This document shows positions 14,695-26,603 of a stretch of DNA of 64,000 bases, piece after piece. The translations under genes and the position numbers were made by a program. Under the pieces are notes generated by a model. It was given only the letters and a program-made list of their open reading frames with translations. It was not told the origin of the DNA and did not search any database. Source of the stretch: Octopus sinensis. Taxonomy: Eukaryota. Positions within the stretch are counted from its first letter, which is position 1. Each line of letters begins with the position of its first letter. The stretch is from positions 4,960,001 through 5,024,000 of the forward strand of contig NC_042997.1 in assembly GCF_006345805.1 (NCBI RefSeq), given 5' to 3'.

Positions 14695-17144
14695 TATGTG
14701 TGTGTGTGTGTATGTATAACATATATGCACATGCATATATGCATACTTTCATACATATATGTACATATATTTACGTGTAATACATACATATACGTATATG
14801 TGTATGTACGTCCGATGTTTTGTATGTGTGTCCTTGTGATATTGTTTGAAACCCAACCCCACACACATTTTCTAGGTTGCAGTTTAGTATATCACCTCAG
14901 ACACAATAGTATTCTATTTTAGGATTTATCTGCAAATTATCCCATCTTAGATTTTGTCTCATGTTTTTTATTTCACTAAATTGAAGTTTCGCTTGTTTGC
15001 CTTAAATGTTGCTATTTTATAAATATATATTTCCCTGCAAGTGATGTCCAGTTACTGGCTGACCCAGTAAGTAAGAGATAACCGAATATCTAATGATGTG
15101 TTGTTTCTGTTTATAGATACCAGTGCAATGATATTTCAAGCTGTTTTAGTTTTGTTTTCGCTATTGAATATTTGATCAATGAGTACGCACTAATCATTGT
15201 GCCAGTGAATGGTTCTCCTGCATTGCCGAGATACCAACTCAAGAACGAAAGGCGCTTGTATTCGTAATGTTAAGGAAAATTAGGGTTGGTGGCGTAATTT
15301 GAGTTCAGGTGTGAGGTGATGAAGCCGACGGCAAGTACATTTTTATCTATGGAAATGAGAATGGGGAAGACAAATCAAAGTTTTGCGATACGATAGCGTT
15401 GATACAAAATATATCCTTATGGGTTCTATGTGCAATCTTGACGCTAATGTTATCTGACATGCTACCACAAGTATAAGGGGCGAGAAATTCCGATGCGTAT
15501 TCCGGTGTTTTTCCAGTAGTTTTGTGAGTGACATGCGCTTTATGAAATAACGAAAACTCTGGAACTCTTCATGTGAGTGACATAGCGCAATAGGCCCCGA
15601 GTTAAATTAATCTATCAAAGCCATACTGGTCTTCATGTAGGGCGAGAGCGATTCAACCTGTCAATTTTAATGCGTTCAATTTGAGTGCGCAGGGAATAAT
15701 TTGACGGTTTCTCAGCAGTTAGGTTTCTTGGGAATTGGTCACATCTGAGCCTGATTCCAGATATTAGTATATACTGGACGATATCGATAGCAGGAGACAG
15801 AAAGAAAGAGAGAAACGGCAGAACTTGACCATATGCAGTGGTTACTGTTGCACAACAGAGTCGACATACTGAAACCCCTGCCAAAATCCTGATACGTCAC
15901 CTCCTACTCGAATAAATACTGGAGTAACTTATACAGACACCATCAAAACAGAAGAGATTGTAAATATATGAAAATGAAATGATAATGAAACCTGAATGTG
16001 CAACATATTTCCTGAGGACAATGGAGATTTATAGATTATGAATTATGGAAATTTGATTAATCACCGCAAGATTTTTCTGCTAAGCGTGTTCTGACAAATT
16101 CGAATTATGTTTGTAAATTACGGTAAATCATATTGCTAAAATAAATGATGGGCACTATTGACAGCCAACAACTTTTTCAGTTAGAGCCGTGGTTTAATTC
16201 ATCATCACACCACATTTTTGATCATATTATACAAGTATTACACATAATCACTTGCTACTATATGTATCCGACATGCGTTAGCCGGTCCTTACATTTAATA
16301 GTTATATTTGCTCATCCTTCAGTTGCATGATGGACGTGTTTTATCTTTAGATTAGATTTGAGTATGAGGTATTTATTAAATAGCTTAACCGTAAGGCAAG
16401 CCACATCAGCCAATTAAATTAGGAGTCGGAATTGTTGTTACTTGGTGATATAACATTCTGAAGATTTAAAATTCTGTATTAGTTCTCAATAGTTTTAGAA
16501 AATTTATAATCGATTTTTTAACATGGCTATTTATCAAGAATTTGACAGCTACAAGCAATTCATATAATCAGAACACGTGTGTCCATTCTCACACAACATT
16601 GCATGTCGATATTTTCTGTGGAAGAGCCAAAGTCAAATACACATTCCTCTATATGAAATTTTAGATTTCAAAATTATTTTCTTGCAAATGACATGTTTCT
16701 GTACATATGCAAATTAACACACAGAAAACTGAGGATATGGCCAACAACCGCATGTTTATTTTTATTGAGCATTGGTAACGAAAATAGTGTAAACTGTTTT
16801 AAATGAGATAATTTGAGATTCCTTGTATTTTATTTATGTAGTATATTTATAATTTGATTTTACCATCGTAAAGTACAAAATTATTGCGTTAACTACTTTG
16901 AAACATTTTCATTGCCCACAAAGAGGTGAGCAATTTTAGAATATATTAAATATTGCATGCACCAGACAACACTGTTTAATTTATAATTATTGTTTGATGA
17001 TTTATTGAATGTGTGCCGTTTTAGAAATGTTGATTAGTACATCATTATGTTCATAAAAACCTGGGGTATTACGTTGAATAATATATTTAGAAAAAGAAAT
17101 TTCCATTATAAAAATAGAATGCAGTGTGCACTCAGAGATAATTC

Positions 17145-17195
<51 letters not shown>

Positions 17196-17394
17196 ATATA
17201 TACATACAATATTAGATATGTACATATATACATATTGATATTAAATGAGTACCTATATCGCTCATGATAGAAGTAAAAAATACTTCTGTACCACCAAAAA
17301 GTCACAAATTTATTACAGACAAGATAGGAAAAAATATCAGTGAACAGTAATAATGTCTTACCTCAAATGTGTCAGAACAAGTAAATGCTGGTCA

Positions 17395-17454
17395 ACTCGG
17401 TACCGGTTTCGAATTTTAGAGCCACCTACACGCGTGATTTCTCATCAGCCGAAT
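17395..17454 (-). ncRNA. Type I minimal hammerhead ribozyme, canonical core
   Basis: Minus strand reads ATTCGG CTGATGA GAAAT(21 nt)AATTC GAAA CCGGT A CCGAGT. 6-bp stem I; palindromic stem III ACCGGT. Confidence 0.85.
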
Positions 17455-17554
17455 GTCTTTACGCATTTCGTTTGTTCGTAACTTGCTTGGTCACGTCAAA
17501 CGAACTTTTGCAGGCATGATGGAGGAGAATGTTAGTAGTTATTTAGCTGGCGGA

Positions 17555-17605
17555 CTTCGGCTGATGAGAAATCACGTAGCGCTAAATTTCGAAACCGGTA
17601 CCAAG
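17555..17605 (+). ncRNA. Type I minimal hammerhead ribozyme, canonical core
   Basis: CTTCGG CTGATGA(17561-67) GAAAT cacgtagcgctaa ATTTC GAAA(17591-94) CCGGT A CCAAG. Confidence 0.88.
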
Positions 17606-17717
17606 TTGACCAGCATTTATTTGTCCTGACCCATTTGAGGTAAGGCATTATTATTGTTCACTGATATTTTTTCCTATCTTGTCCGTAATAGATTTGTGAC
17701 TTTTCGGCGGTACAGAA

Positions 17718-18507
17718 TTAGTGATTACCTCAAGAACCCACTTTCTACAAAATCTGCTTGCCAGGAGCTGCAGAAAGCCGAATTTCACGGGAAAGCTGCA
17801 ATCAGAAAACCACTTAAGAAGAAATTTTGCAACGCGTTTAAAGTGAAGTAAAATCCTAAGGAATTGGTCTCTATAGCAGTGGAAGAATGTTATTTTCTCG
17901 GATGAGTCATCCGTTACCTTGCTAACGACCACCATCCTAGTATACTTCTGGAGACAGCCAAAACAAGCATTTGACCCAGAGTGCATTCTTCGAACATTTA
18001 AACATTGAGTAGGAATTGTTATGATCCTGAGGGATGTCATATCTTGGAAATCTGCTAGCCCAATGGTTTTACTTTATTGCAGAATTAATAGTCAAAACGA
18101 GGCATTTTATCTGAACAAATTCCACGTATGTTTCCGGAGGGAAACACAATCATTCAGAATGATAATGCTACAATTCACACACATAAAATTGTTACTGAAT
18201 GGGACGGGGATCAGTCTAGTGAATGTTGAACAACTTATTTGTTCACCACCTTCCCCAGATCTCAATCTTATTGGACAGTTATTGTGTAGTTTCGAAAAAA
18301 ACAATTAAGGTGTCATATAACCACATCACCATCACTACAAGACCCGGCGACTGCTTTAGCTGAATAATGGATAAACATTCCTTTGAAAACAACTCAAACT
18401 TGATACGAATTCAATGTGTAATTACTGCCAAAGGTGGTCCTACCACATATTAAGATAAATTTGTTCCAAAGTTTAAAGCTTTTCCATAATTTTGTCCAAA
18501 CCCTGTA
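17718..18507 (+). mobile_element. Tc1-family transposase remnant with 3' TIR
   Basis: LSTKSACQELQKAEFHGKAAIRKPL (HTH), QWKNVIFSDES, IIQNDNATIHT, PPSPDLNLI, IQCVITAKGGPTTY*. Ends TTGTCCAAACCCTG|TA at 18505-18507. Confidence 0.9.
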
Positions 18508-18731
18508 TATATATATATATATTTATAATTTTCACTTTTAACTTTTAGGAAATCAGCGTATGATTTCTACGATAATCTTATAAATTTACAAAGCAAGTTG
18601 AGTTTAACCAAAGGTACTTGGTGAGAGCCACTGATGAGAATTAATAAAAATGCAAAAAATCCACAAATATTATTTATATATATGTGGGGGTGTATCGCTG
18701 TGTTCCTATGTGTGTCTTTATCTATCTATCT

Positions 18732-18773
<42 letters not shown>

Positions 18774-18774
<1 letters not shown>

Positions 18775-19920
18775 CATTATTGGTGAATTGAGGAAATGGA
18801 GCTGAACGCAGATTGAACAGAAATCGTTTTATTTCATTCTACACGTGTTTCGAAAGGCACAAATTACCAAAATCCGATTGAATAATGGGACCATATTGTG
18901 TCTTTCTCTTCAGGAAGAAAAAAGGAAATCCGTTAGAGAAACAAAAACAGAACAGAGGCGGAGCAAAAACCAAATCGAACTATGCTCCTAAGAGCCCATG
19001 GCGAAACTGTTTATCAGTGTATGCTGAGAACCGTGGCTGAAGAATTCTACAGGTCAGGCATCGGTCAATCATGTGGGTGAGGGTGTATAGATGTTCTTAG
19101 TGACCGAGAATAAAGTTCTGACTATTTAAGGAATATTGGATGTTTTATAAGGGGCGAGAAAAAATCTACTTAGAGACGTGTGTGTGTGTATACTGTTCTA
19201 TATATGTGTGTGTTGGCGTAGGGGTAGAAAACACTTTTTGTGTACGTGTGTGCGTTTGATCGTTCGGCTGTCAGTGGCTACTGCCGTGATAACCGTTGGG
19301 TGGCAGAAAGAAAAAAATATATATATATTATGTTTTATGTGTGTGTGTGTTCATCTGAGCCTGCCTTGTCAAGGAAACCCCCCGCTGTGAAAAACCAAGC
19401 CCCGTTTGTCTTACAGGAGTAATTCCCCTTGCAGTGGATAATCGTAGATATCTAAAGGCTATTTCAGAATTTGTTACCAAGGGCTATGGGTGCCGGTATT
19501 ATTTATAAACGCTATTTAAAAGCCAGATTGGTGTAACGCCGCCAATGGGCTCTTAGGAGCATAGTTCGATTTGGTTTTTGCTCCGCCTCTGTTCTGTTTT
19601 TGTTTCTCTAACGGATTTCCTTTTTTCTTCCTGAAGAGAAAGACACAATATGGTCCCATTATTCAATCGGATTTTGGTAATTTGTGCCTTTCGAAACACG
19701 TGAAGAATGAAATAAAACGATTTCTGTTCAATCTGCGTTCAGCTCCATTTCCTCAATTCACCAATAATGTTTTAATTTCAATTATCCGCACCACGCACGG
19801 TTGCAACGCCAGATGGTTGTACCTCCAACCGTGCTGTTTACTGCTGTGATTTTTGCTACTAAGGTATCGGTTAACTTTTGATTAATCTACAACAAGATTA
19901 TTCATCTTTCTATTTCACAT
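18774..19920 (-). mobile_element. pLTR-only copy of PLE A family with 5' inverted pLTR
   Basis: 18774-19549 is the reverse complement of 9316-10091 with scattered substitutions. 19545-19770 is an inverted duplicate of 18774-18999 and continues to ~19920. Confidence 0.92.
18832..18920 (-). ncRNA. Type I hammerhead ribozyme, canonical core (PLE A family)
   Basis: Same motif as 9948-10035: CTGAAGA (complement 18907-18913), GAAAG/CTTTC, GAAA CACGTGT A GAA. Confidence 0.85.
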
Positions 19921-19921
19921 A

Positions 19922-19929
<8 letters not shown>

Positions 19930-19952
<23 letters not shown>

Positions 19953-20450
19953 TCTAGTTGTGTGAGTGTCTGTCTCCTACGATTTAGATTCCTAACTCCT
20001 CCCACATTTTGCGGTGCAGTTTAACCAAATTCGGGTATCTTATAGTCGTGATTCATATCAAGCCCGTCTGGCTATTAGCGCGCGTCTACGATGAGTCTAC
20101 GATTTTAAAAATAATTTAACATCATTTTTTATTCCATTTTAATTCATAATTTTTCGTGTGTCGATGGCGGTGGAGTTGGCGTCCAAGCTCACACCTGCAC
20201 CTGTGTTGCTTCTCCCCCTTCTTCCCTCCCTCGTGAAGCTGTGGGGAAGGGGGTTTAAGGAAATCAACGTCGTAATGCGTTGTCAAGGAGACCAGCGTTC
20301 TTTTAGAACAACGACTTCATGGCTTGAAGACACCAAAACAGAAATGGCTAAGAAAGCCCGAATTGGCATCTATAAGGGAAGTAATTCTCTAAAAATGCTT
20401 ATATAGTTATTTCCCTTACAAACCCGAGCAACGCCGGGCGATACTGCTAG
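19930..20450 (+). mobile_element. Non-autonomous Helitron copy 1
   Basis: Starts in (TA)n-TATAAAA. 3' hairpin CCCG-AGCAACGC-CGGG at 20423-20438, followed by CTAG at 20447-20450 and then T. Confidence 0.85.
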
Positions 20451-20832
20451 TATATATATAAAAGTGAAGTTGGGTGTCTGTCTCCTACGATTTAGATTCC
20501 TAACTACTCCCACATTTTGCGGTGCAGTTTAACCAAAAGCGGGTATTTATAGTCGTGATTCATATCGAGCCCTTCTGGGTATTAGCGCGCGTCTACGATT
20601 TACCAAAAAATTACCATCATTTTTCCCATTTTAATGCATTTTTTCGCTATTATATAAGGGAAGTAACTCTCTAAAAATGTCTACAATGAGTCAACGATTT
20701 AAAGAGAAAATTACCATCATTTCGTTTCCATTTTTAATGCATTTTTTTGCTATTTTTTGGCTATAACTCTCTAAAAATGCTTATATAGTTATTTCCTTTA
20801 CAAACCCGAGCAACGCCGGGCGATAATGCTAG
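20451..20832 (+). mobile_element. Non-autonomous Helitron copy 2 (head-to-tail with copy 1)
   Basis: TATATATATAAAAGTGAAG start with the same 5' body (GTGTCTGTCTCCTACGATTTAGATTCC). Hairpin 20805-20820, CTAG 20829-20832. Internal ~100-bp duplication. Confidence 0.85.
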
Positions 20833-21114
20833 TATATATATATATATGAATAAATAAATAAATGGAGTTGAACGAAGATGTTAACAAAATTCCTTTACTC
20901 TCGACATATATTTCGAAGACAACATGGTTCTATTCCAAAGGAATAAACAGTGCAACATGCAATCTTCTCATCAGGAAAGAAGGGAGCCTCTCTCAACAAC
21001 ACGACAAAATAATAATTGCGACGACTGCCTACAGGGTAAACTAAACGATAATTAGTGTTTAAAAAAAACGTTCTTAGAATTGACGTCAAAGTTAGATAGT
21101 AGGAAGAGAAGGGG

Positions 21115-21125
21115 GCATATATATA

Positions 21126-21167
<42 letters not shown>

Positions 21168-21170
21168 ATA

Positions 21171-21205
<35 letters not shown>

Positions 21206-21217
21206 CTATATATATAG

Positions 21218-21248
<31 letters not shown>

Positions 21249-21327
21249 ATATAATATATATAGTATATATATATATAATAATATATATATATATATATAT
21301 ATGTGTATATATATATATATATAATAG

Positions 21328-21390
<63 letters not shown>

Positions 21391-21395
21391 ATATG

Positions 21396-21444
<49 letters not shown>

Positions 21445-21495
21445 GTGTGTGGGTGTATGTGTGTGTGTCTGTGTATGTGTGTATGTGTATTGTAC

Positions 21496-21538
<43 letters not shown>

Positions 21539-21590
21539 TATATATATATAATATATATATTTATGTGTATATGTATATGTATATATAAGT
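21115..21590. repeat. Long compound (TA)n/(GT)n microsatellite
   Basis: Directly visible. Source of the YIYI ORFs 21132-21604. Confidence 0.95.
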
Positions 21591-21947
21591 ATATGTATAA
21601 GTGAGAATATCCTTATTTACCTAAAACTCTATTTTTCTATTTATCCTTTTATTCTTTTATTTATTCTTTTATCTACTTTACCACCGATTCCTCTGACCAC
21701 TCCCCTAAGAATGATAGTTTGCGCCATGCCTACCCCAAAAAAGTCCCCCACCACCACCCCTTTAAACCTGCCTAAATGTATAAATGCCAAAACTACTCAT
21801 GTCACCTAGCTTCCGGATGATTTCTTTTGAATGAAACAGTTCTAGTCCTGTAGAAGCTCCTATAAAATAAATTAATTTGCAGTGCTATGTATTGAGTACC
21901 TTATTTACTGTGGTTAACCCCGACTCAACCCGGGACCTACATATATA

Positions 21948-22536
21948 TATACGGGAGTACAGGACATCACAATAAGACGTAGAAACGGAAAAAGCCAAAA
22001 AACAAAAAAACAAGAAAACGGAAAACGAAAAACAAGAAAACGAAAAACAAATACAGGACGAGCTACACAAGGACAAAACCCCCGTCATCAGCTGTCGCTA
22101 GAGGAGTCAGGCATGTTTCGAAGGCATAACAGAACACTAACCCAATAGGCCTTCCTGCGAGAGAGTTAAAATAAAAGGCTTTTTCGTTCGTCCTCTTGTG
22201 TTTGTTTTTGTACATGTATTTTAATTTTGCAGTCTTATTGTTACGTCTTGTTTGTGTTCGTACTCATTTTGCCCCGCTGCTTGAAATTTTATTTTAACTC
22301 TCTCGCAGGAAGGCCTATTGGATTAGTGTTCTGTTATGCCTTCGAAACATGCCTGACTCCTCTAGCGACAGCTGATGCCGGGGGTTTTGTCCTTGTGTAG
22401 CTCGTCCTGTATTTGTTTTTCGTTTTCTTGTTTTTCGTTTTCCGTTTTCTTGTTTTTCGTTTTCCGTTTTCTTGTTTTTTGTTTTTTGGCTTTTTCCGTT
22501 TCTACGTCTTATTGTGATGTCCTGTACTCCCGTATA
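21948..22536. mobile_element. Foldback element, ~230-250-bp near-identical arms, 110-bp spacer (probable PLE pLTR derivative)
   Basis: 21948-22176 is the reverse complement of 22287-22536 except for a few substitutions and one extra TTTTCCGTTTTCTTG-type unit. Degenerate HHR-like GAAGGC...GCCTTC GAAACATG. Confidence 0.92.
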
Positions 22537-22920
22537 ATTATTTATATATGCATGTATATAACATGTAGATGTAGGTACGTACATATATGTTTGTAGTATG
22601 CATATATTTTTATTTATCTCCTATATATAATATATATAATATATATATATATTATATATTTATAAAAAAGATGTATGAAAACGCCACTATATTGGATAAA
22701 TTGTAATTTTACATGTTTTGGTTCGTGAACAAACGAACCTTATGAAATAAAACTATTATAAAAAGTATAATGGAACAGTTCATAATTGTTACATACATTC
22801 AATAGAATCCATGCTATATACATTCAGTAGAATCCATGTTTTTGAAAAGACGAACCTTATCAAATATTTTATAAAGATTATAATAGAAAAAATCCATAAT
22901 CGTTCCTTACTGTTTTGTCG

Positions 22921-24751
22921 AGTGTAGTGGAGAAGTTCATTATAGACGTTACTTTGTGTTCCAATGGAAGCAACGGTAGTGATTCTTGGTCGTCGTCTGT
23001 TGGTCGTAATTTTGGTAACCTTGGTGGTGGTTGGAGTTATATCAGCTAAGATGTGGCTGTGACAGCAGCAGTAGAATAAATGTCCCTTTTTTTAGCTAGA
23101 AGGATTTGCACCATAATATCAGACACAAACACTCGACACACACGTCTCCAGGAACTTAGAGCCACACTCATAAACCACACTCATATCCACAGCCCCTAAT
23201 AGACAGTGCAATCCAACGGGCACTTAAATGAAGTATAGAAGACCTGCGACAAACAAAACCAAAAAAGAAAGAACAATTAAAGACCCTTCCCTACATCTCT
23301 ACACACAACCCACTTAACAATGAGGCCTTCAGCACCATACTACAAAGCACAGCCCTACTAAAGGGAGACCCAAAGATGAACCGGATCCTCGAAACAAACA
23401 CCATCATTAAAAGTAAACGGCAAACAAAATCCTTGAAAAGGATTTTAACCCAAGCTAAACTGTACTCAACATCAACCACAAAACCAGCAGTTAGAAAATG
23501 TGGAAGGCCCAACTGCAGAATCTATGTCATCTTGGTAGAAGGTTCAGAATTTATACTAGAACAAGGCCATGAGTTCGCCATTAGAACTAACTTCACCTGC
23601 GCATCAGAAAACTTAATTCACGTCTTAACATGCGCAGGCTGCAATAGGCAATATATAGGCCAGACAAAAAATAGCTTACGTAAAAGGATGGTGGTGCATA
23701 AATCACAAATTAGAAACCCTGAAAATCGGAAAATACCGGTCAGTGGACACATAGAGAGATGTCCTGCAAATGAAAATCCTAAATTTAAAACTTACTCACT
23801 TTACAAATTCAGTGACAGCGTAACCTTCACTCAACGCCAAAATAAAGAACTTTATTTCATCAAAAAATTTAGACAAAGCTTGAACACCCTGGGCCAGGAA
23901 TATTAAAACAAAACATTGGTCTTCCTAAAAAGAAAAACGAAATTCTACCACAACCACTACGACTGCTCCCACTAGCACTACTACTACAACCACCGTAGTC
24001 ACTACCATTACTGCTACGATCAACAGCCCCCTACTGCTACCACTGCTGCTACGGCCACAGTGAGAGAATTAAAATAGTGGAGGTGTGGGGAAATTACAAT
24101 TTCTCAGATCCTTAAACAGTCACTCCCGCTGGCAGTGGTATGTCTCAGGGAAGGATGAATATATAAAAAAGATTTTTTCTCTGCGAGCAGATCTGATTTT
24201 GATTCGTCAAAAAATTTATGACGTTTTACCTCTGAGGTCAAACTTGTCGTCCTGCTTGGTTGGTTTCCTTACAAGATACAGTTATGGGTCAGATCTGATT
24301 CTGATTCGTTAAAAAATTGATGACGTTTCTCTTCCGTGGTCAAACTTGTCTTTCTGCTTGGTTAGCCACCTTACAGGATACAGTTATGGGTCAGATCTGA
24401 TTTTGATTCGTTAAAAACATTGATGACGTTTTTCTTCCGTGGTCAAGCTTGTCGTTCTGCTTGGTTGGTTTCCTAACAGGATACAGTTATGGGTCTTTTC
24501 CTTATATTCGTTGAATCTTGGTTTTGATTGGTTTGGAATCATATGACGTCAGTGAACAGTGCCAGAGAACCGACCACTGTTGTTACCACAATCAACAGCC
24601 CTTTACTACGGCTTCTGCTGCTGTCACAGCCACAGCTTAGCTGATATAACCCCAACCACCACCAAGGTTACCAAAATTACGACCAAGAATCACTACCGTT
24701 GCTTCTATTGGAACACAAGGTAAAATATATAATGAACTTCTCCACTACACT
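22921..24751 (+). mobile_element. Penelope-like element C (Neptune-type GIY-YIG) with inverted 5' pLTR piece
   Basis: ORF 23376-23906: KCGRPNC..NFTCASENLIHVLTCAGCNRQYIGQTKNSLRKRMVVHKS..PVSGH..RQNKELYFIKKF..LN. Upstream thumb ARRICTIISD. 22921-23071 is the reverse complement of 24615-24751. Confidence 0.92.
24188..24494 (+). repeat. 3 x ~102-bp tandem repeat in PLE C 3' region
   Basis: Units start with CAGATCTGATT at 24188, 24290 and 24392 and end GATACAGTTATGGGT. Confidence 0.95.
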
Positions 24752-26572
24752 TTTTTTGAGATACTGACAAAGAGTTGTATGTTAATATTCTGTGTTATGT
24801 TATACTACAAAATATATTTAATATCGCATAATGGTTTATTGATTTATATAAATTCTCAACAATAGCAGGAACTTATGCCTAATGAGGTTATAATAGTATT
24901 AGTGATGTTTACTTCTCGATCAATGTAGAAGATTCAGCAGTTGCAATGTCGAATATTTATAACACTCTATATGTACATAAATGTTTTAGTACAGTAACGA
25001 GAAGAGGCAGTAATAAGAGAATCAAAACGAAAAGATAAGAAAGAGAAAGTAAGGAATAATGTAATTGCAATACTACTAATCGCCACCACTGGAGTTGATG
25101 GGGCTCATTTAGAGAATGGGATATTTGGGAGCTAACAATTCTTGGATACGAAAAAGAACTTCAAATAAATTAAGTCACGTATTTGACAGGTGAACTCTTA
25201 ATGGTGATATCAAACATACAATGCACTATAACTGGTGGTAGTTAATAGTGAAGAAACGGGCTCTAGCCTCAGATGTATTACCATTCGGAACATATGTAGA
25301 GATACCAAACTCTACATTTCGGGATGTCCCGTCTGCAGGTTGAGTGGCACATATTGAAGTCCTTAGAAAAGCAACCGAAAGAAACAACCGACCTATTTCA
25401 CTGTAACGTATACGACGAAAAGATTTTGAGAATTTGTTGAAAACTGAGGAGGGGAAAGATGCTTTTAAGAAGAAAGAATAAGCTACAATGAATCCAGCTG
25501 GCTAAAGAGATCGACTCAGTAACGTGTTAAGCCGTGCGTGCAATGGAAAGGATTGGGGACGTCTGTTATCATCGCTATCTATAAGTATGGTATATGAAGA
25601 TATATATAAAAGGAAGTGCATACGTGACTGTGTACGAGTTTTACATATGAACGATATTTTCTACTGGGTGATAAATAACATATGTATTGTAAATGCAAAT
25701 CAATAGTTGGTGAAAATGAATGAATTATTTATTATAGTACATTCTTGAAGCAAATTGAATATATTAGCTTAGAATTTGGTCGTCCTGATAATATATGTCC
25801 TACATTGGCTAAGAGGTCCTCTAAAATATTTACAACATGGCATATTTTGAGCACTACAAATAACATATTTAATTATCGACAACGTCTTCCACAAGTAAAA
25901 TATACCCTATATTTGACTCTGATTTTGAAGTTTATCAAGCGAGTGACACTTTGATGTCTACCATGATTTAGTCTTTCATGTGAATATGAACCAACAACCA
26001 TGAATTCAAATCGCTTCCAATAAGTGAGTATGGATGCTATCGTCAATCAAGAACAGTAGTGTACATTCACACTTCCAATCTGTTAATAAACATAAACATT
26101 GTAAATGACACACCACGTTTGTTTAGTAGATAAAACAATTACATTGAAACGATACAGAATAGTTACTTAATTGGTTAATTTTTTCCCATTAAAAATATTG
26201 ACACTGTCTGTGCCAAACCGTTATCATAACGTTATTCAAATAGTGGCAATTTCAAAGAAATAACATTTGACGAACGAAATAAGAAGGCTCTTCAACATTA
26301 TATGCAATGTCTATGCTACCGAATATTTTTATTTCACTATACAGATAATATTAACAGTGCATTTGCTACGCCTGTCTAACGTCTATGTAAAATATACTTC
26401 TCTTAGTAATGTATGTAAGAACTGAAATCCTTCTCTAATGGAATTCTATACACATTTATGTGAGTGTGTAATTTCAGTGTTATCTACGTATACATGCATA
26501 GATGCATGCGCAAAAACATGCATACCTACCTACATACATACATACATATATTTATATACCAACTCACACGCT

Positions 26573-26603
<31 letters not shown>

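Larger units (their letters stand above)
17284..17717. mobile_element. Foldback element (~165-bp arms, ~100-bp spacer) carrying an HHR in each arm; PLE-derived non-autonomous insertion
   Basis: 17284-17455 is the reverse complement of ~17553-17717. Both arms contain CTGATGA-GAAAT...TTC-GAAA-CCGGT-A. Confidence 0.9.

Noticed and set aside
18985-19020. Second HHR-like motif CTAAGA GCC CAT GGC GAAA CTG..CAG TG antisense to the PLE A pLTR
   Set aside because: G5 is missing, position 17 is G and there is no stem I partner, so it is not a functional hammerhead as written.
24188-24494. CRISPR-like regularly spaced repeats
   Set aside because: Whole units are homologous with no unique spacers, there are no cas genes, and the context is eukaryotic.
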